This document shows positions 12,720-27,168 of a DNA stretch of 64,000 bases, in pieces. This DNA is from Paraspadella gotoi. Its lineage: Eukaryota; Animalia; Chaetognatha. A model generated the notes under the pieces. The model saw nothing but the letters and a program-made list of their open reading frames with translations, did no database searches and was not told the DNA's origin. The position numbers were made by a program, and so were the translations under genes. The stretch covers positions 16,967,114-17,031,113 of the forward strand of contig CM119263.1 in the NCBI GenBank assembly GCA_051294375.1, given 5' to 3'. Every line of letters starts with the position of its first letter. Positions within the stretch are counted from its first letter, which is position 1.

Positions 12720-13942
12720 NNNNNNNNNNNNNNNNNNNNNNNNNAGATCCTGTCTATACTATCAAGATTGGAGAGAGCAGCGCGTGGGCGGTGTTGCGGT
12801 TTTGGAAACGTTGATGGATAAAAGAATGTTGAATATAAGTAAGGTCAGAAGTTAGAAGCATTAGAGTAAGTTGGAGGGCATTTACCTCAGAGAAAAGCAT
12901 GAGTCAGTCTAAGATTAAAAAGTTGAAACGAATTATTTAACTTATTTATAAAACATTGATTGGTTTGAATCAATACACAAAAAAGCGCAGAAACTGCAAA
13001 AAATTTATATCATCGCAGCAGTATCAGTGTTAAGTTACGTCATACGCTAATCAGATAGCGACGTTTATTTATGAATAGATATGACGAATGAAGAGATAGT
13101 GAAACTGAGTGACAGACCGACGACCATACTTCACGCCGGATTTGCTAAATTGAGAGGGCTATGGCTTATTACTGGATTATACGTTATCCTGCCAAAAATC
13201 AATTAAATCACTACCTTAATTTTCTACAACCTCACAAATATGCAAGTGAGATTCTAAAAACTTCAGAAATCATCCCCGTCGAAAACAATTAAACTCTTAA
13301 AAGCTGCCGTCCGTGAAAACGTGACTCTCACGCCTGACGAAATTCTCATCGAGTATCGAGAGCTGAGAATCTAGAAATTCCTCCTCATTCTTTATAATTA
13401 TGTATCTGACGCCTCCGTCATTTCTTTCTTGACAGCGGATTCGAATATTTTCGTTTCATCGAGCAAAAATGTCTCGTCATTTGTTGTTGTTGTTGTTTTT
13501 TCTTTTTGATTGAGGAGATTTCGATGAAAAGCTTTTTCCGAGTTTGTGACAGACAGAAATGCGGAATGTGGAATTGCGGAATTGCGCTCATGTGTTTTTA
13601 TTTGATTTTTTGTCAATGCTATTACTTTTAAACGATTTTCTTCTCAGTTTTAAACGATTTCTATCAGTTTTAAACGATTTTCTGTTAGTTTCAAACTAAT
13701 GGACTAAACCATAATTTGAAAGTTAAAAATAAAACGACATTAGGAAAGTGAACTCTTTCGATGCTGTTCCTGAAAGTATTCGATAACGATATTATTATCA
13801 TTATTATATTTTTCTCCCCTCATTAGTTCGACCGCCCCTCGACGCCCCAACTTCCCCGCCTCAATTCCCGACGTGCATCTTTGCCCATAAAACGCTCCAG
13901 TCTTCGCCCGCCTTCGAATCTTCCGCCTGCATCTCTTTTTTC

Positions 13943-13978
<36 letters not shown>

Positions 13979-14434
13979 TTTTGCAGCCCATTGCTCTTCC
14001 ACCCAATTAGATCTTCGTTCCCTCCGCCCACCATCGCCGGCGATCGTCCGACCTCTAGAGCTCCGAGTCATTGACGCCGCGCCAGTCGCCGCCTGCCCGA
14101 CACCCGCCGCACGACTTCCTCTTCCTTGTTTTTTTCATTTATATCCTCGTTTCGCGCACACCACTCTCAGCACCACCCAATCCTTGCGGCCGAGTTTGTT
14201 TAGTTTTTTCCAGATTTGCCGACGTCGCGCGACCACAAACATGATCCCCTCTTTTCCATTCCATCTTTCCAACACCAACCAACATTCCATTGACTCCCAC
14301 TTACATACTTAAGCATTTCCTCTCCTCGCTTCTTTTAACCAGACTGGCCCTTTTTTTTCCCCGCCCGGCACAACCAAACTCTCTCTCTTTCTCTCCTCTT
14401 CCCTCTCTCCCTCTCTCTCTCTCTACTTTTTCTC

Positions 14435-14504
<70 letters not shown>

Positions 14505-14771
14505 ATCTCTCTCTCTCTCTCTCTCTCTCGTCTCTCTCTCTCTCTCCTCTCTTTTAAAAGCGCCATCTCTCTTTCCACCCACGGTTGTCGTGTTTTTCCC
14601 CAAAAATTCGAAGCCGTCCGGTTTTCCCCGCCCTCGTCTTTGGCAAGGCTTAAAGACATATACGACGACGACGACGACGACGAGAACAACGAAGACGACG
14701 ACGACGTGGCGAAAAACGATTAACGTTGAAAAGCTAATAAACGCTCTCGTTCGCGGCCTTCTCCTCTCTCT

Positions 14772-14853
<82 letters not shown>

Positions 14854-15556
14854 TCTTCAATAGGTCTTTCCACTTGACCAATTGTCCGCGTTAGCTCTCG
14901 AGCAACTTTCAATTGCTTCTTGCCTTCGTAAATTGGTAACCGTTTTCATTGCAGATGGCGCACCGTCCACAAAGCGGCTTCTTTTACTGGCGCCGTCGCT
15001 GATTTATACGAATTACAATTATAATTTTCTTTCTACTGATTCGCCTGGCAACCGTAGAATCATTTCGCCTGTCAACCGCAGAATCATTTTGCCTGGCAAC
15101 TGCGAAGTCATTTCGTTTTTCCGGCTCGATTCGTCAACGCCTCCCAAGCCTCGTCTTCGCGTTTGAATTCACTTTCTTCTTGACTCTCTCTCCATCGAAC
15201 ACCATCTGTTGGCAATTCTTCTGGATGTCGTTGCATCGGTTGTTTTCTTTGTTTAAACAATTAAAAGTAGAAAACAGTTTAATAAGAATCAAATAATGTT
15301 AGCTACGTAAAATGAAAATTAATTGTATAGAATTTTATTAATCTCTACGTGAGCTTTTTTAAAGCTTTGCCATGCCAAGAATCTCGAGAAAAAAACCATA
15401 TTTCGCATTTCTGCCAGTTTTTCAAAAAATAGAAATATAAAAAAGGTCTTTATTTTCTGGAAGCAGCAAGACTTTTCGTGGCTTTTTAGCGGCGGCGTGG
15501 CAAGAAAGCTCTTCGTTCCTGATGTTGGAGGATGTTGAAACTGAGAGCGTCAGAAT

Positions 15557-15614
<58 letters not shown>

Positions 15615-16153
15615 TAACTGTTCCGACAGTCGAAAACCGTCACTGGAAGTCGGGATAAAACTCGGATTTATTTTCCCCTTTTATTTTTGGGAACCGAAAT
15701 CCAAACAAAATGAAAGTTGAAACGATAGTTGCGAACTTTGATCCTCGCGGCCTCAACCATCCACTTTTTTTCTTTTTTTCTTTCTATCACTTTTCAGTTT
15801 TTTTCTTCTTTTCTTTCTTTCTTTCTTTCTTTCTTTTCTTCTCCTCTTCTTCTTTATCTCTATCTTCTCTGTTCTTCTTTCTTTCTTTTTTTTCTCCCTT
15901 TCTTTCTTTTTTCTTTCTTCTTTCTAAATTTTATTCTTTCTCTTTCCAACTCGCCTCATTTTCTTTTAAAACTCTAAATGAGGAGCGTATGTTTTCTATT
16001 GCCGTTCATTGGATGACATATAAAGAAAAGTCTGCTCAGGTAATGTCTCAAAAAATTCCCTTCATTTCTTTTCTTTCAATTCAATTTATAATATCATTGT
16101 CACATATTTTCTTTCTGATCCGTCAAGGTTAGTTTTCAGCATTTAACTTTCTT

Positions 16154-16275
16154 TTCCCTTCCTTTCCTTTCCTTTCCTGTCCTGTCCTGTCCTGTCCTGT
16201 CCTGTCCTGTCCTGTCCTTTCCTTTCCTTTCCTTTCCTTTCCTTTCCTTTCCTTTCCTTTCCTTTCCTTTCCTTC
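16154..16275. repeat. Compound (TTTCC)n/(TGTCC)n pentamer repeat
   Basis: Read directly from the sequence. Confidence 0.95.
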
Positions 16276-16716
16276 TCTCTTTTTCATTTTTCTCTATCTT
16301 TAATTTTATCTTACTATCTAACTCTTTTTTTCTCCTCGTCTTGTGTTTTTCTTCCGAATTCCATTTGTTCTTTTGTTTGACTGATGAAAGTCAGAAAGTA
16401 GGAAATGAGGATCAGTGGCGCCAGATGCTGTTGTCCGCCCCTGCGCCACTTTTTTTTTCCTCTTCAGCGTCCAATATTTAATTATTTATCAACTCCTGTC
16501 ATATCTATTAAACCCGCTTCTGCTTTAGTCTCGGTCCGGTTATTCTTAGTTAGTGGGATTAAGACGTCAACCAGTTTTACTCGTTCTCAGCTTTGATTCC
16601 TCACCACATTCACATTAATTAATCTTTTATTTTACTGTAATTTAGTATAAATTCATCAACTACGGTTAAATACTCAAATTTATTTATCATATTGATTAGT
16701 ACCATGTCGACTTTTA

Positions 16717-17183
16717 CAGATGTGGTCAAAAAAAAGTTTAAACTTTGAATCCCCTACTGTCTCACTTGTCTGTTAATTAAAAAAGCTTTTTATAGAGGAT
16801 GGAGCTCCTGGACACAAAGCTAAAGCCACTCAAAAATGGAATGAGGAAAATGAGATAAAGGTGCTCGAAGGTTGTCCTAGAAATTTGCCTGACTGCAACA
16901 TCATTGAAAATGTCTGGTCAAGGATAAAAAAAGACATTTTGCTGTACCATGCAACGACAGTCGACAAAATCTAAAAAAATATAAAATACATTTGGCGGGA
17001 GCTGAATCCTTCATATTTGCGCAGCCTCTATGACTCTCTCCCTCATTGCATGGAAGCGGTGTTGAAAACAAATGGTAGTCTGACAATATATTAATTAACT
17101 GAATATTAAAAATATTATTTTCCTTCAAATAGTGAAATAAAATACTTTTATCCTAATTATTAAACTTTTTTTGACCACATGTG
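16717..17183 (+). mobile_element. Internally deleted Tc1-family DNA transposon (467 bp) retaining the C-terminal transposase remnant
   Basis: TA TSD at 16715-16 and 17184-85. TIRs cagatgtggtcaaaaaaa..gttta / taaactttttttgaccacatgtg. Translation from 16798: DGAPGHKAKATQKWNEENEIKVLEGCPRNLPDCNIIENVWSRIKK...*...YLRSLYDSLPHCMEAVLKTNGSLTIY*, matching the Tc1 motifs DNAPxH / WPxxSPDLNPIE / GGxTKY. Confidence 0.93.
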
Positions 17184-18140
17184 TATACTACGTAGTACGT
17201 TTACGTTACAATTCAACTGTTTAGTTTAGTTTAGTTCAAATTTTTTAACTTTTTAGAATTCCTGTTTCCGAAAAAATGGAAAAAATAAATTTCTAGGACA
17301 ACAAAAATATAAATGAGAGAAACAAAAATTCCTTATTTAAATGAAAAAAAAAGGCAGCAAACAGAAGATAGAAAAAAAGTAAACCCAAAAAAGTGAACGA
17401 AAAGACGATGCATTCAAAACTAAACGTACAAAAAAAAACCGGATTTTCATGCTGTTTTGGGTCTTAGGGAGAAACGGGGTAAACAAGCGAAGTCGTAAAA
17501 AGATATTTTTATGAGTCGACTTCGGTTCTAAGTTAGGGACGAGCAAAGCGCCGAGAACCGACGCCAATCCGTCCACGCGCCGTCGAAGGGATTGAGCGAG
17601 CTAATCGCCGTCGATGGGATCTGGTGTCGATCCGCGCCGCCGCATAGAAAAAAAGAGAAGACGATATCAGGATTCTTTTACTTAATGTAAGGGTGACGTA
17701 GAGTTCACTTAATTGCCGTCTACTAAGAATTTTGAGTCGCATCGAGAAACGTAGTAGTTTTCGAGAAGAGATGATGCCCGTTATTACCACATTTCAAAAG
17801 ATCGTTGTCCAATGTCTACCAACCAGATTCAAAACTGCCTTTGATGCACAAAGGCGCACGACGGTGAGCGATCCTCTTTAGATTCGAGTCTCGGGACTCA
17901 ACTCCGAAACGTTTGACGAATTAAGGCCGGTAGGAGGAAGAAAGAAGGAGGAAAAGGGAGGAAGAAATAAAGAAAAGAGAAAAGGGAGGAAGGGGTGAAA
18001 GAAGGAAAAGAGAAGGGGATAGAAATGAGAGTGTCTGATCGATCAACCGCGCACGTCATAGAGATGAGAGAGAGAGGAGAGAAGAGAGGGGGGGAGTGAA
18101 GAGAGAGAGAGAAGAGAGAGAAAGAGAGAGAGAGGAGAGA

Positions 18141-18193
<53 letters not shown>

Positions 18194-18953
18194 CAGAGTA
18201 CATTCGGAGGAAAAAAAATTGTGCATGTTCCAATATTTTAGGTATGGACTCGGAACTACTATTAACCGTTCCGTTCTTTGTCAAACAATTCCCGTAATTT
18301 ATTTCACAAGAGCTGAGCTTTGCGGCAAAACTCATTAGGTTATTGAAGGTAAGTCAATCTCCTTTCAAATTCAGACATTGTCTACTCTAAATTATGCGAA
18401 CCGTTCGAGGAAAAATTTTTTTTTTTCCCCTTTTTTTCTTCTTTTTCTCCGAAAATTTTCCCGGATCGTACGAATTTGCGGAGAAAATGGTTGGAGAGAA
18501 GGAAGGGGTATGGTCTGAGGGAGGAAGAGAAGAAGTGGCAGAAGGACCAAAAGAAAGAAAAGAAGGGAGGAAGTAGAAATGGAAAACAAATGGATGTAGG
18601 ATGGACAACAATGGTAGAAGGAAAAATAAAGAACGAAAAGGGCGGGTGGGTTGGGTGAGAGGAAGAAGGAGAATTTTGAAAAAGATGGAGGGAAAGAGAA
18701 AAAGGAAATAGAAAGAGAGTGACTAAACGACGCTGATGGCGGAGAATATGGCAAGAAGGCCGCAGACCGCGAAACAGAGGCGGAAATGGCAAAAAAAAAA
18801 ACCAAAGTTAGTTTGGCGAAACTGGCGAAACCGGCGGTAAGGACGGGAAAGGGGGAAAAAGAAAAACTGAGAACCTGATTTTTAGTTTCAACTCACGTAT
18901 CGACCCCATCGTCGTCGCGTCGTCTTTGTCGTCGGAGTCATCGTCTTTTGCAG

Positions 18954-18997
18954 AGTCGTCGTCGTCGTCGTCGTCGTTTCTCTTTTCGCCATCATCT

Positions 18998-19041
<44 letters not shown>

Positions 19042-19050
19042 CTCGTCGTC
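18954..19050. repeat. (GTC)n trinucleotide repeat
   Basis: Read directly from the sequence. Confidence 0.95.
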
Positions 19051-19358
19051 ATCTCCGCCACCGTCGCACGTTACGCATTGCCCGTCGGTCCCCTCCCCGA
19101 AATTCCAGATGTAAACCAAAAGAGCGAATCTGCCGAGACAGTTGACGACAGCTTGGTTCAGCCTTCCGGGGAGTTGCAAGCATTTATGAGGCAAGCTCGT
19201 TGTTAGGAACCCTCTCTTAATTAAACAGGAGAGATAAGGAGGTCGTTTTTAAAACGCGGGAGACCGACGCCAAGTAGATACTGGATGGTCTATCATTAAA
19301 CCTCGCTGAATGGTTCGACTGGTCTTGATTAGANNNNNNNNNNNNNNNNNNNNNNNNN

Positions 19359-20563
19359 AGATCCTGTCTATACTATCAAGATTGGAGAAGAGCAGCGCGT
19401 GGGCGTGTTGCGGTTTTGGAAACGTGATGGGAATAAAAGAATGTAATATAAGTAAGGTCAGAGTTAGAAGCATTGAGTAAGTTGGAGGGCATTTACCTCC
19501 AAGAAAAGCATGAAGTCAGTCTTAAGATTAAAGTTGAAACGAATTATTTATTATTTATAAAACATTGATTGGTTTGAATCAATACTACAAAAAAGCGCAT
19601 GATTAACTGCAAAAATTTATATCATCGCAGCGTTATCAGTGTTAATTACGTCATACGCTATCAGATAGCGACGTTTATTTATGAATTAGATATGACGAAT
19701 GCAAGAATACGTGAAACTCTGAGTGGACCAGACCGTACGACCATACTTCACGCCGGTTGCTAAATTGAGAGGCTTATGGCTTATTACTGAGATTATACGT
19801 TACTCCCCCTGCCCAAAAATCAATTAAATCACTACTTTAATTTTCTACAACCTCACTAAATATGCAAGTGAGATTCTTAAAAACTTCAGAAATCATCCCC
19901 GTCGAAACAATTTTAAACTCTTAAAAGTGCCGTCCGTGAAAACGTGACTCCAGCTGAGCGATAATTCTCTCGAGTATCGAGAGCTGAGAATCTAGGAATT
20001 CTCCTCATTCTTTCATAATTATGTATTCTGACGCCTCCGTCATTTCTTTCTTGACAGCCGATTCCGAATATTTTCGTTTTCATCGAGCAAAAATGTCTCG
20101 TCATTTGTTGTTTTGTTTGTTTTTTCTTTTTGATTGAGGAGATTTCGATGAAAAGCTTTTCCGAGTTTGTGACAGACAGAAATGCGGAATGTGGAATTCG
20201 GCGGATTGGCGCTCATGTGTTTTTTATTGATTTTGTCAATGCTATTACTTTTAAACGATTTTCTTCTCAGTTTTAAAACGATTTCTATCAGTTTTAAACG
20301 ATTTTCTGTTAGTTTTCAAACTAATGGACTAAACCATAATTTGAAAGTAAAAATAAAACGACATTAGGAAAGTGAACTCTTTCGATGCAATTAAGTTCCT
20401 GAAAGTATTCGATACGATTTATTATCATTATTATATTTTTCTCCCTCATTAGTTCGACGCCCCTCGACGCCCCAACTTCCGCCTCAATTCCCGACGTGCA
20501 TCTTTGCCCATAAAACGCTCCATCTTCGCCCGCTTCGAATCTTCCGCCTGCATCTCTTTTTTC

Positions 20564-20595
<32 letters not shown>

Positions 20596-21062
20596 CCATT
20601 TGCAGCCCATTGCTCTTCCCCCAATTAGATCTTCGTTCTCCTCGCCACCATCGCCGGCGATCGTCCGACCTCTAGAGGCTCGAGTCATTGACGCCGCCGC
20701 AGTCGCCCGCCTGCCCGACACCCGCCGCACGGACTTCCTCTTCTTGTTTTTTTCATTTATATCCTCGTTTCGCCACACCACTCTCAGCCCACGCACCCAA
20801 TCCTTGCGGGCCGAGTTTGTTTAGTTTTTCTCAGATTTGCCGACGTCGCGGACCACAAACATGATCCTCCTCTTTTCCATTCCATCTTTCCAACACCAAC
20901 CAACATCCATTGACTCCCCACTTACATACTTAAGCATTTTCCTCTCCTCGCTCTTTTAACCAGCTGGCCCTTTTTTTTCCCCGCCCGGACACAACCAAAT
21001 CTCTCTCCTTCTCTCCTCTCCCTCTCTCCTCTCTCTCTCTCTATTTTTTTCTCTCTCTATCT

Positions 21063-21142
<80 letters not shown>

Positions 21143-21388
21143 CTCTCTCGTCTCTCTCTCTCTCTCTCTCTTTAAAGCGCCATCTCTCTTTCCACCCACG
21201 GTTGTCGTGTTTTTCCCCAAAATTCGAAGCCGTCGCGTGTTTTCCCGCTCCTCGTCTTTGGCCAAGCTAAAGACATATACGACGACGACGACGACGAGAG
21301 AACAACGAAGACGGACGACGACGTGGTCGAAAACGCATTAACGTTGAAAAGCTAATAAACGCTCTCGTTTCGGCGGCCGTCTCCTCTC

Positions 21389-21467
<79 letters not shown>

Positions 21468-22181
21468 TCTTCAAATAGGTCTTTCCACTTGACCAATTGC
21501 CGCGTTAGCTCTCGAAGCAACTTTCAATTGCTCTTGCCTTCGTAAATTGGTAACCGTTCATTGCAGATGGCGCACGTCCACAAAGCGGCTTCTTTTTACT
21601 GGCGCCGTCGCTGATTTAACGAATTACAATTATAATTTTCTTTCTACTGATTCGCCTGGCAACGTAGAATCCATTTTCGCCTGTCAACCGCCAGAATCAT
21701 TTTGCCTGGCAACCTGCGAAGTCATTTCGTTTTTTCCGGCTCGATTCGTCAACGCCTCCCAAAGCCTCGTCTTCGCGTTTGGATTCACTTTCTTCTTGAC
21801 TCTCTCTCCATCGAACACCATCTGTTGGCAATTCTTTCTGGATGTCGTTGCATCGGTTGTTTTCTTTGTTTAAACCAATTAAAAGTAGAAACAGTTTATA
21901 AGAATCAAATAATGTTAGCTACGTAAAATGAAAATTAATTGATATAGAATTTTATTAATCTCTACGTGAGCTTTTTTTTAAAGCTTTGCCATGCCAAGAA
22001 TCTCCGAGAAAAAAAAACCATATTTCGCATTTCTGCCAGTTTTTCAAAAAAATAGAAATATAAAAAAAGGTCTTTATTTTCTGGAAGCAGCAAGACTTTT
22101 CGTGGCATTTAGCGCGGCGTGGCAAAGAAAGCTCTTCGTTCCTGATGTTGGGGGATGTTGAACTGAGAGCGTCAGAATGCT

Positions 22182-22220
<39 letters not shown>

Positions 22221-22462
22221 TCTCTCTCTCCTCTTCTCTCCTCTCTCTCTCCTTCTCTCTTCTTTCCCTAATGGTTCCGACAGTCAGAAACCGTCACTGG
22301 AAGTCGGATAAAACTCGGATTATATTTCCCCTTTTATTTTTGGGAACCGAAATCCAAAACAAAATGAAAGTTGAAACGATAGTGCGAACTTGATCCTCGC
22401 GGCCTCAACCATCCACTTTTTTTCTTTTTCTTTCTATCACTTTTCAGTTTTTTCTTCTTCTC

Positions 22463-22498
<36 letters not shown>

Positions 22499-24898
22499 TT
22501 CTTTTTCCATTTCTTTCTTTTCTTCTTTCTCTTCTTCTTCTTCTTTCTTTCTTTTCTCTTCTTCTTCTTTTTCTCTCTTTCTTTCTTTCTTTCTTTCTGT
22601 TCTTTCTTCTTTCTTTCTTTCTCTTTCTTTCTTTCTTTCTTTCTTTCTTTTTTTCTCCCTTTCTTCTTTTTTCTTTCTTCTTCTAATTTTATTCTTTCTC
22701 TTTCCAACTCGCCTCATTTTCTTTTAAACTCTAAATGAGAGCGTATGTTTCTATTGCCGTTCATTGGATGACATATAAAGAAAAGTCTGCTCAGGTAATG
22801 TCTCAAAAAATTCCCTTCATTTCTTTTCTTTCAATTCAATTTATAATATCATTGTCACATATTTTCTTTCTGATCAGTCAAGGTTTATTTTCAGCATTTA
22901 CTTTCTTTTCCCTTCCTTTCCTTTCCTTTCCTGTCCTGTCCTGTCCTCTGTCCTGTCCTGTTCCTTCCTTCCTGTCCTTTCCTTTCTCCTTTCCTTTCCT
23001 TTTTCCTTCCTGTCCTTTCCTTTCCTCTTCCTTTCTTTCCTTTCCTTCCTTCTCTTTTTTCATTTTCTCTATCTTTAATTTATCTTACTATCTAACTCTT
23101 TTTTTTCTCCTCGTCTGTTGTTTTTCTTCCGAATTCCATTTGTTCTTTGTTTTGACTGATGAAGTCAGGAAAGTTAGGAAATGAGGATCAGTTGGCGACC
23201 AGATGCTGTTTCCGCCCCTGCGCCACTTTTTTTTTTCCTATTCAGCGTCCAATATTTAATTATTTATCAACTCCTGTCAATATCTATTAAACCCGCTTCT
23301 GCTTTAGTCTCGGTCGGTTATTCTTAGGTTAGTGGGATTAAGACGTCAAACCAGTTTTACTCGTTCTCAGCTTTGATTCCTCACCACATTCACATTAATT
23401 AATCTTTTATTTCTACTGTAATTTAGTATAAATTCATCACTACGGTTAAATACTCAAATTTATTTATCATATTGATTAGTACCATGTCGACTTTTACAGA
23501 TGTGGTCAAAAAAAAGTTTTAAACTTTGAATCCCCTACTGTCTCACTTGTCTGTTAATTAAACAAAGCTTTTTATAGAGGATGGAGCTCCTGGACACAAA
23601 GCTAAAGCCACTCAAAAATGTGAATGAGGAAAATGAGATAAAGGTGCTCGAAGGTTTGTCCTAGAAATTTGCCTGACTGCAAATCATTGAAAATGTCTGT
23701 GTCAAGGATAAAAAAAAGACATTTGCTGTACCAATGCAACGACAGTCCGACAAAATCTAAAAAAATATAAAATACATTTGGCGGGAGCTGAATCCTTCAT
23801 ATTTGCGCAGCCTCTATGACTCTCTCCCTCATTGCATGGAAGCGGTGTTGAAAACAAATGGTAGTCTGACAATATATTAATTAACTGAATATTAAAATAT
23901 TATTTTCCTTCAAATAGTGAAATAAAATACTTTTATCCTAATTATTAAACTTTTTTGACCACATGTGTATACTACGTAGTACGTTTACGTTACAATTCAA
24001 CTGTTAGTTTAGTTTTAGTTCAAATTTTTAACTTTTTAGAATTCCTGTTTCCGAAAAAAATGGAAAAAATAAATTTCTAGGACAACAAAAAATATAAATG
24101 AGAGAAACAAAAAATTCCTTATTTAAATGAAAAAAAAAGGCAGCAACAGAAGATAGAAAAAAAGTAAACCCAAAAAAGTGAACGAAAAGACGATGCATTC
24201 AAAACTAAACGTACAAAAAAAAACCGGATTTTCATGCTGTTTTGGGTCTAGGGGAGAAACGCGGGTAAACAAGCGAAGTCGTAAAAAGATATTTTTATGA
24301 GTCGACTTCGGTTCTAAGTTAGGGCACGAGCAAAGCGCCGAGAACCGACGCCAATCCGTCCAACGCGCCGTCGAAGGATTGAGCGAGCTAATCGCCGTCG
24401 ATGGGATCTGGTGTCGATCCGCGCCGCCGCATAGAAAAAAGAGAAGACGATATCAGGATTCTTTTACTTAATGTAAGGGTGACGTAGATTCACTTAATTG
24501 CCGTCTACTAAGAATTTTGAGTCGCATCGAGAAACGTAGTAGTTTTCGAGAAGAGATGATGCCCGTTATTACCACATTTCAAAAGATCGTTGTCCAATGT
24601 CTACCAACCAGATTCAAAACTGCTTTGATGCACAAAGGCGCACGACGGTGAGCGATCCTCTTTAGATTCGAGTCTCGGGACTCAACTCCGAAACGTTTGA
24701 CGAATTAAGGCGGTAGGAGGAAGAAAGAAGGAGGAAAAGGGAGGAAGAAATAAAGAAAAGAGAAAAGGGAGGAAGGGGTGAAAGAAGGAAAAGAGAAGGG
24801 GATAGAAATGAGAGTGTCTGATCATCAAGCCGCGCACGTCATAGAGAGAGAGAGAGAGAGAGAGGAGGGGAGGGGAGGAGAGAGAGAGAAGAGAGAGA

Positions 24899-24969
<71 letters not shown>

Positions 24970-26109
24970 CAGAGTAACATTCGGAGGAAAAAAAATTGTG
25001 CATGTTCCAATATTTTAGTATTGGACTCGGAACTACTATTAACCGTTCCGTTCTTTGTCAAACAAATCCCGTAATTTATTTCACAAGAGCTGAGCTTTGC
25101 GGCAAAACTCATTAGGTTATTGAAGGTAAGTCAATCTCCTTTCAAATTCAGACATTGTCTACTCTAAATTATGCGAACCGTTCGAGGAAAAATTTTTTTT
25201 TTTCCCCTTTTTTTCTTCTTTTTCTCGAAAATTTTCCCGGATTGTACGAATTTGCGGAGAAAATGGTTGGAGAGAAGGAAGGGGTATGGTCTGAGGGAGG
25301 AAGAGAAGAAGTGGCAGAAGGACCAAAAGAAAGAAAAGAAGGGAGGAAGTAGAAATGGAAAACAAATGGATGTAGGATGGACAACAATGGTAGAAGGAAA
25401 AATAAAGACGAAAAGGGCGGTGTGGTTGGTGAGAGGAAGAAGGAGAATTTTGAAAAAGATGAGGGAAAGAGAAAAAGGAAATAGAAAGAGATGACTAAAC
25501 GACGCTGATGGCGGAGAATATGGCAAGAAAGGCCGCAGACCCGAAACAGAGGCGGGAAATGGCAAAAAAAAAAACCAAAGTTAGTTTGGCGAAACTGGCG
25601 AAACCGGCGGAAGGACGGGAAAGGGGGAAAAGAAAAACTGAGAACCTGATTTTAGTTTCAACTCACGTATACGACCCCATTCGTCGTCGCGTCGTCTTTG
25701 TCGTCGGAGTCATCGTCTTTTGCAGAGTCGTTCGTCGTCGTCGTCGTCGTTTCTCTTTTCGCCATCATCTTCGTCGTTCGTCTCGTCGTCGTCGTCGTCG
25801 TCGTTCGTCGTCGTCGTCCTCGTCGTCATCTCCGCCACCGTCGCACGTTACGCATTGCCCTCGGTCCCCTCCCCGAAATTCCAGATGTAAACCAAAAGAG
25901 CGAATCTGCCGAGACAGTTGACGACAGCTTGGTTCAGCCTTCCGGGGAGTTGCAAGCATTTATGAGGCAAGTCGTTGTTAGGAACCCTCTCTTAATTAAA
26001 ACAGGAGAGATAAGGAGGTCGTTTTTTAAAACGCTGGGAGACCGACGCAAGTAGATACTGGATGGCATCATTTAAACCTCGCTGAATGGTTCGACTGGTC
26101 TTGATTAGA
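19359..26109 (+). repeat. Copy C of the ~6.6-kb duplicated segment
   Basis: Begins at the same agatcctgtctatac position directly after the gap; indel-rich relative to copy B. Confidence 0.95.
23497..23967 (+). mobile_element. Second copy of the same deleted Tc1 element (inside duplicated segment C)
   Basis: Same TIRs, TA TSD and flanks as 16717-17183, so the same insertion is represented twice. Confidence 0.9.
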
Positions 26110-26217
26110 GAAATAGAGTGGGTTAGTTAAAAAACGAGGAGAGAGAGAGAGAGAGAGGGAGAGAGAGAGAGAGGAGAAGAGAGAGAGAAAGAGAGAGAGA
26201 GGAGACGGGAGAGAGAG

Positions 26218-26278
<61 letters not shown>

Positions 26279-26425
26279 GCTTCCGTTAACAAAGCGCGTT
26301 CACTTAAAGGCCGTCGACTTGAAGTTTATGCACCGAGCTTCATTATCGGCGTTTTTCGTGCGTTCATTTTTTGATTCAAGCCTTTTTCGATCTTAGTTTT
26401 TTTTTCGTTCCTGTCCTTTACCTTG

Positions 26426-27080
26426 TAAAAAAAGGTTTTCTTTTTTGAAAACTTTCCTTTTTCTTTTCCTCAATACATGAACTAAATTTTAACATTCATA
26501 TTTAATCCCAATCTGTTACCTAACCCAATGTCTATATTTAATCCATAACCCTAATCCTAACTCTATTCCCTAACCCTAATCCTTAATCCTAATCCTTAAC
26601 CCTAATCCTTAACCTTAACCTTTAGCCTAATCTTTAATCTTAAAAGCTAACTTAATTTCTAATTTAAGATGAAATGGACCTTTTTTGGAAAAGAGCATAG
26701 TTCCTAAAGCAACATTTAATAAACGAAGAGCAATGGATGATAGGCAACTAAATAAAAAGACAAGTTACCTTTTTTCTCCTCGTCTTTCTTCATAATTATT
26801 AAAATTTGTAATATCCGCCGCGACCCCCCCCCCCGGCGTTTTTTTTTTGTCTTCCGTCAAATTTTTTCATTTACCCGGTTGAAAAAACACTTTTTGTTTT
26901 CGGATTGAAACTTAATTTCAATTCAATTTTATCGCGCGTCGTTTGTCGAGACAACGCGAAGGAAAAAAAAAAATCACTTACGCTTAAAAACCTTTTTAAT
27001 CTAAAGAGACGAAGCGTTTCGGTTTTGCAATGAGAGCGCTTAAAACACCTGAACTTGTAGTAAGAGCTATCTCGTCGGGG

Positions 27081-27168
<88 letters not shown>

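Larger units (their letters stand above)
12745..19333 (+). repeat. Copy B of the ~6.6-kb duplicated segment (gap-bounded, likely assembly redundancy)
   Basis: Collinear with 19359-26109; differences are mostly 1-nt indels; flanked by 25-N gaps on both sides. Confidence 0.95.

Noticed and set aside
26520-26650. True or interstitial telomere
   Set aside because: Short, degenerate and embedded in a dispersed repeat
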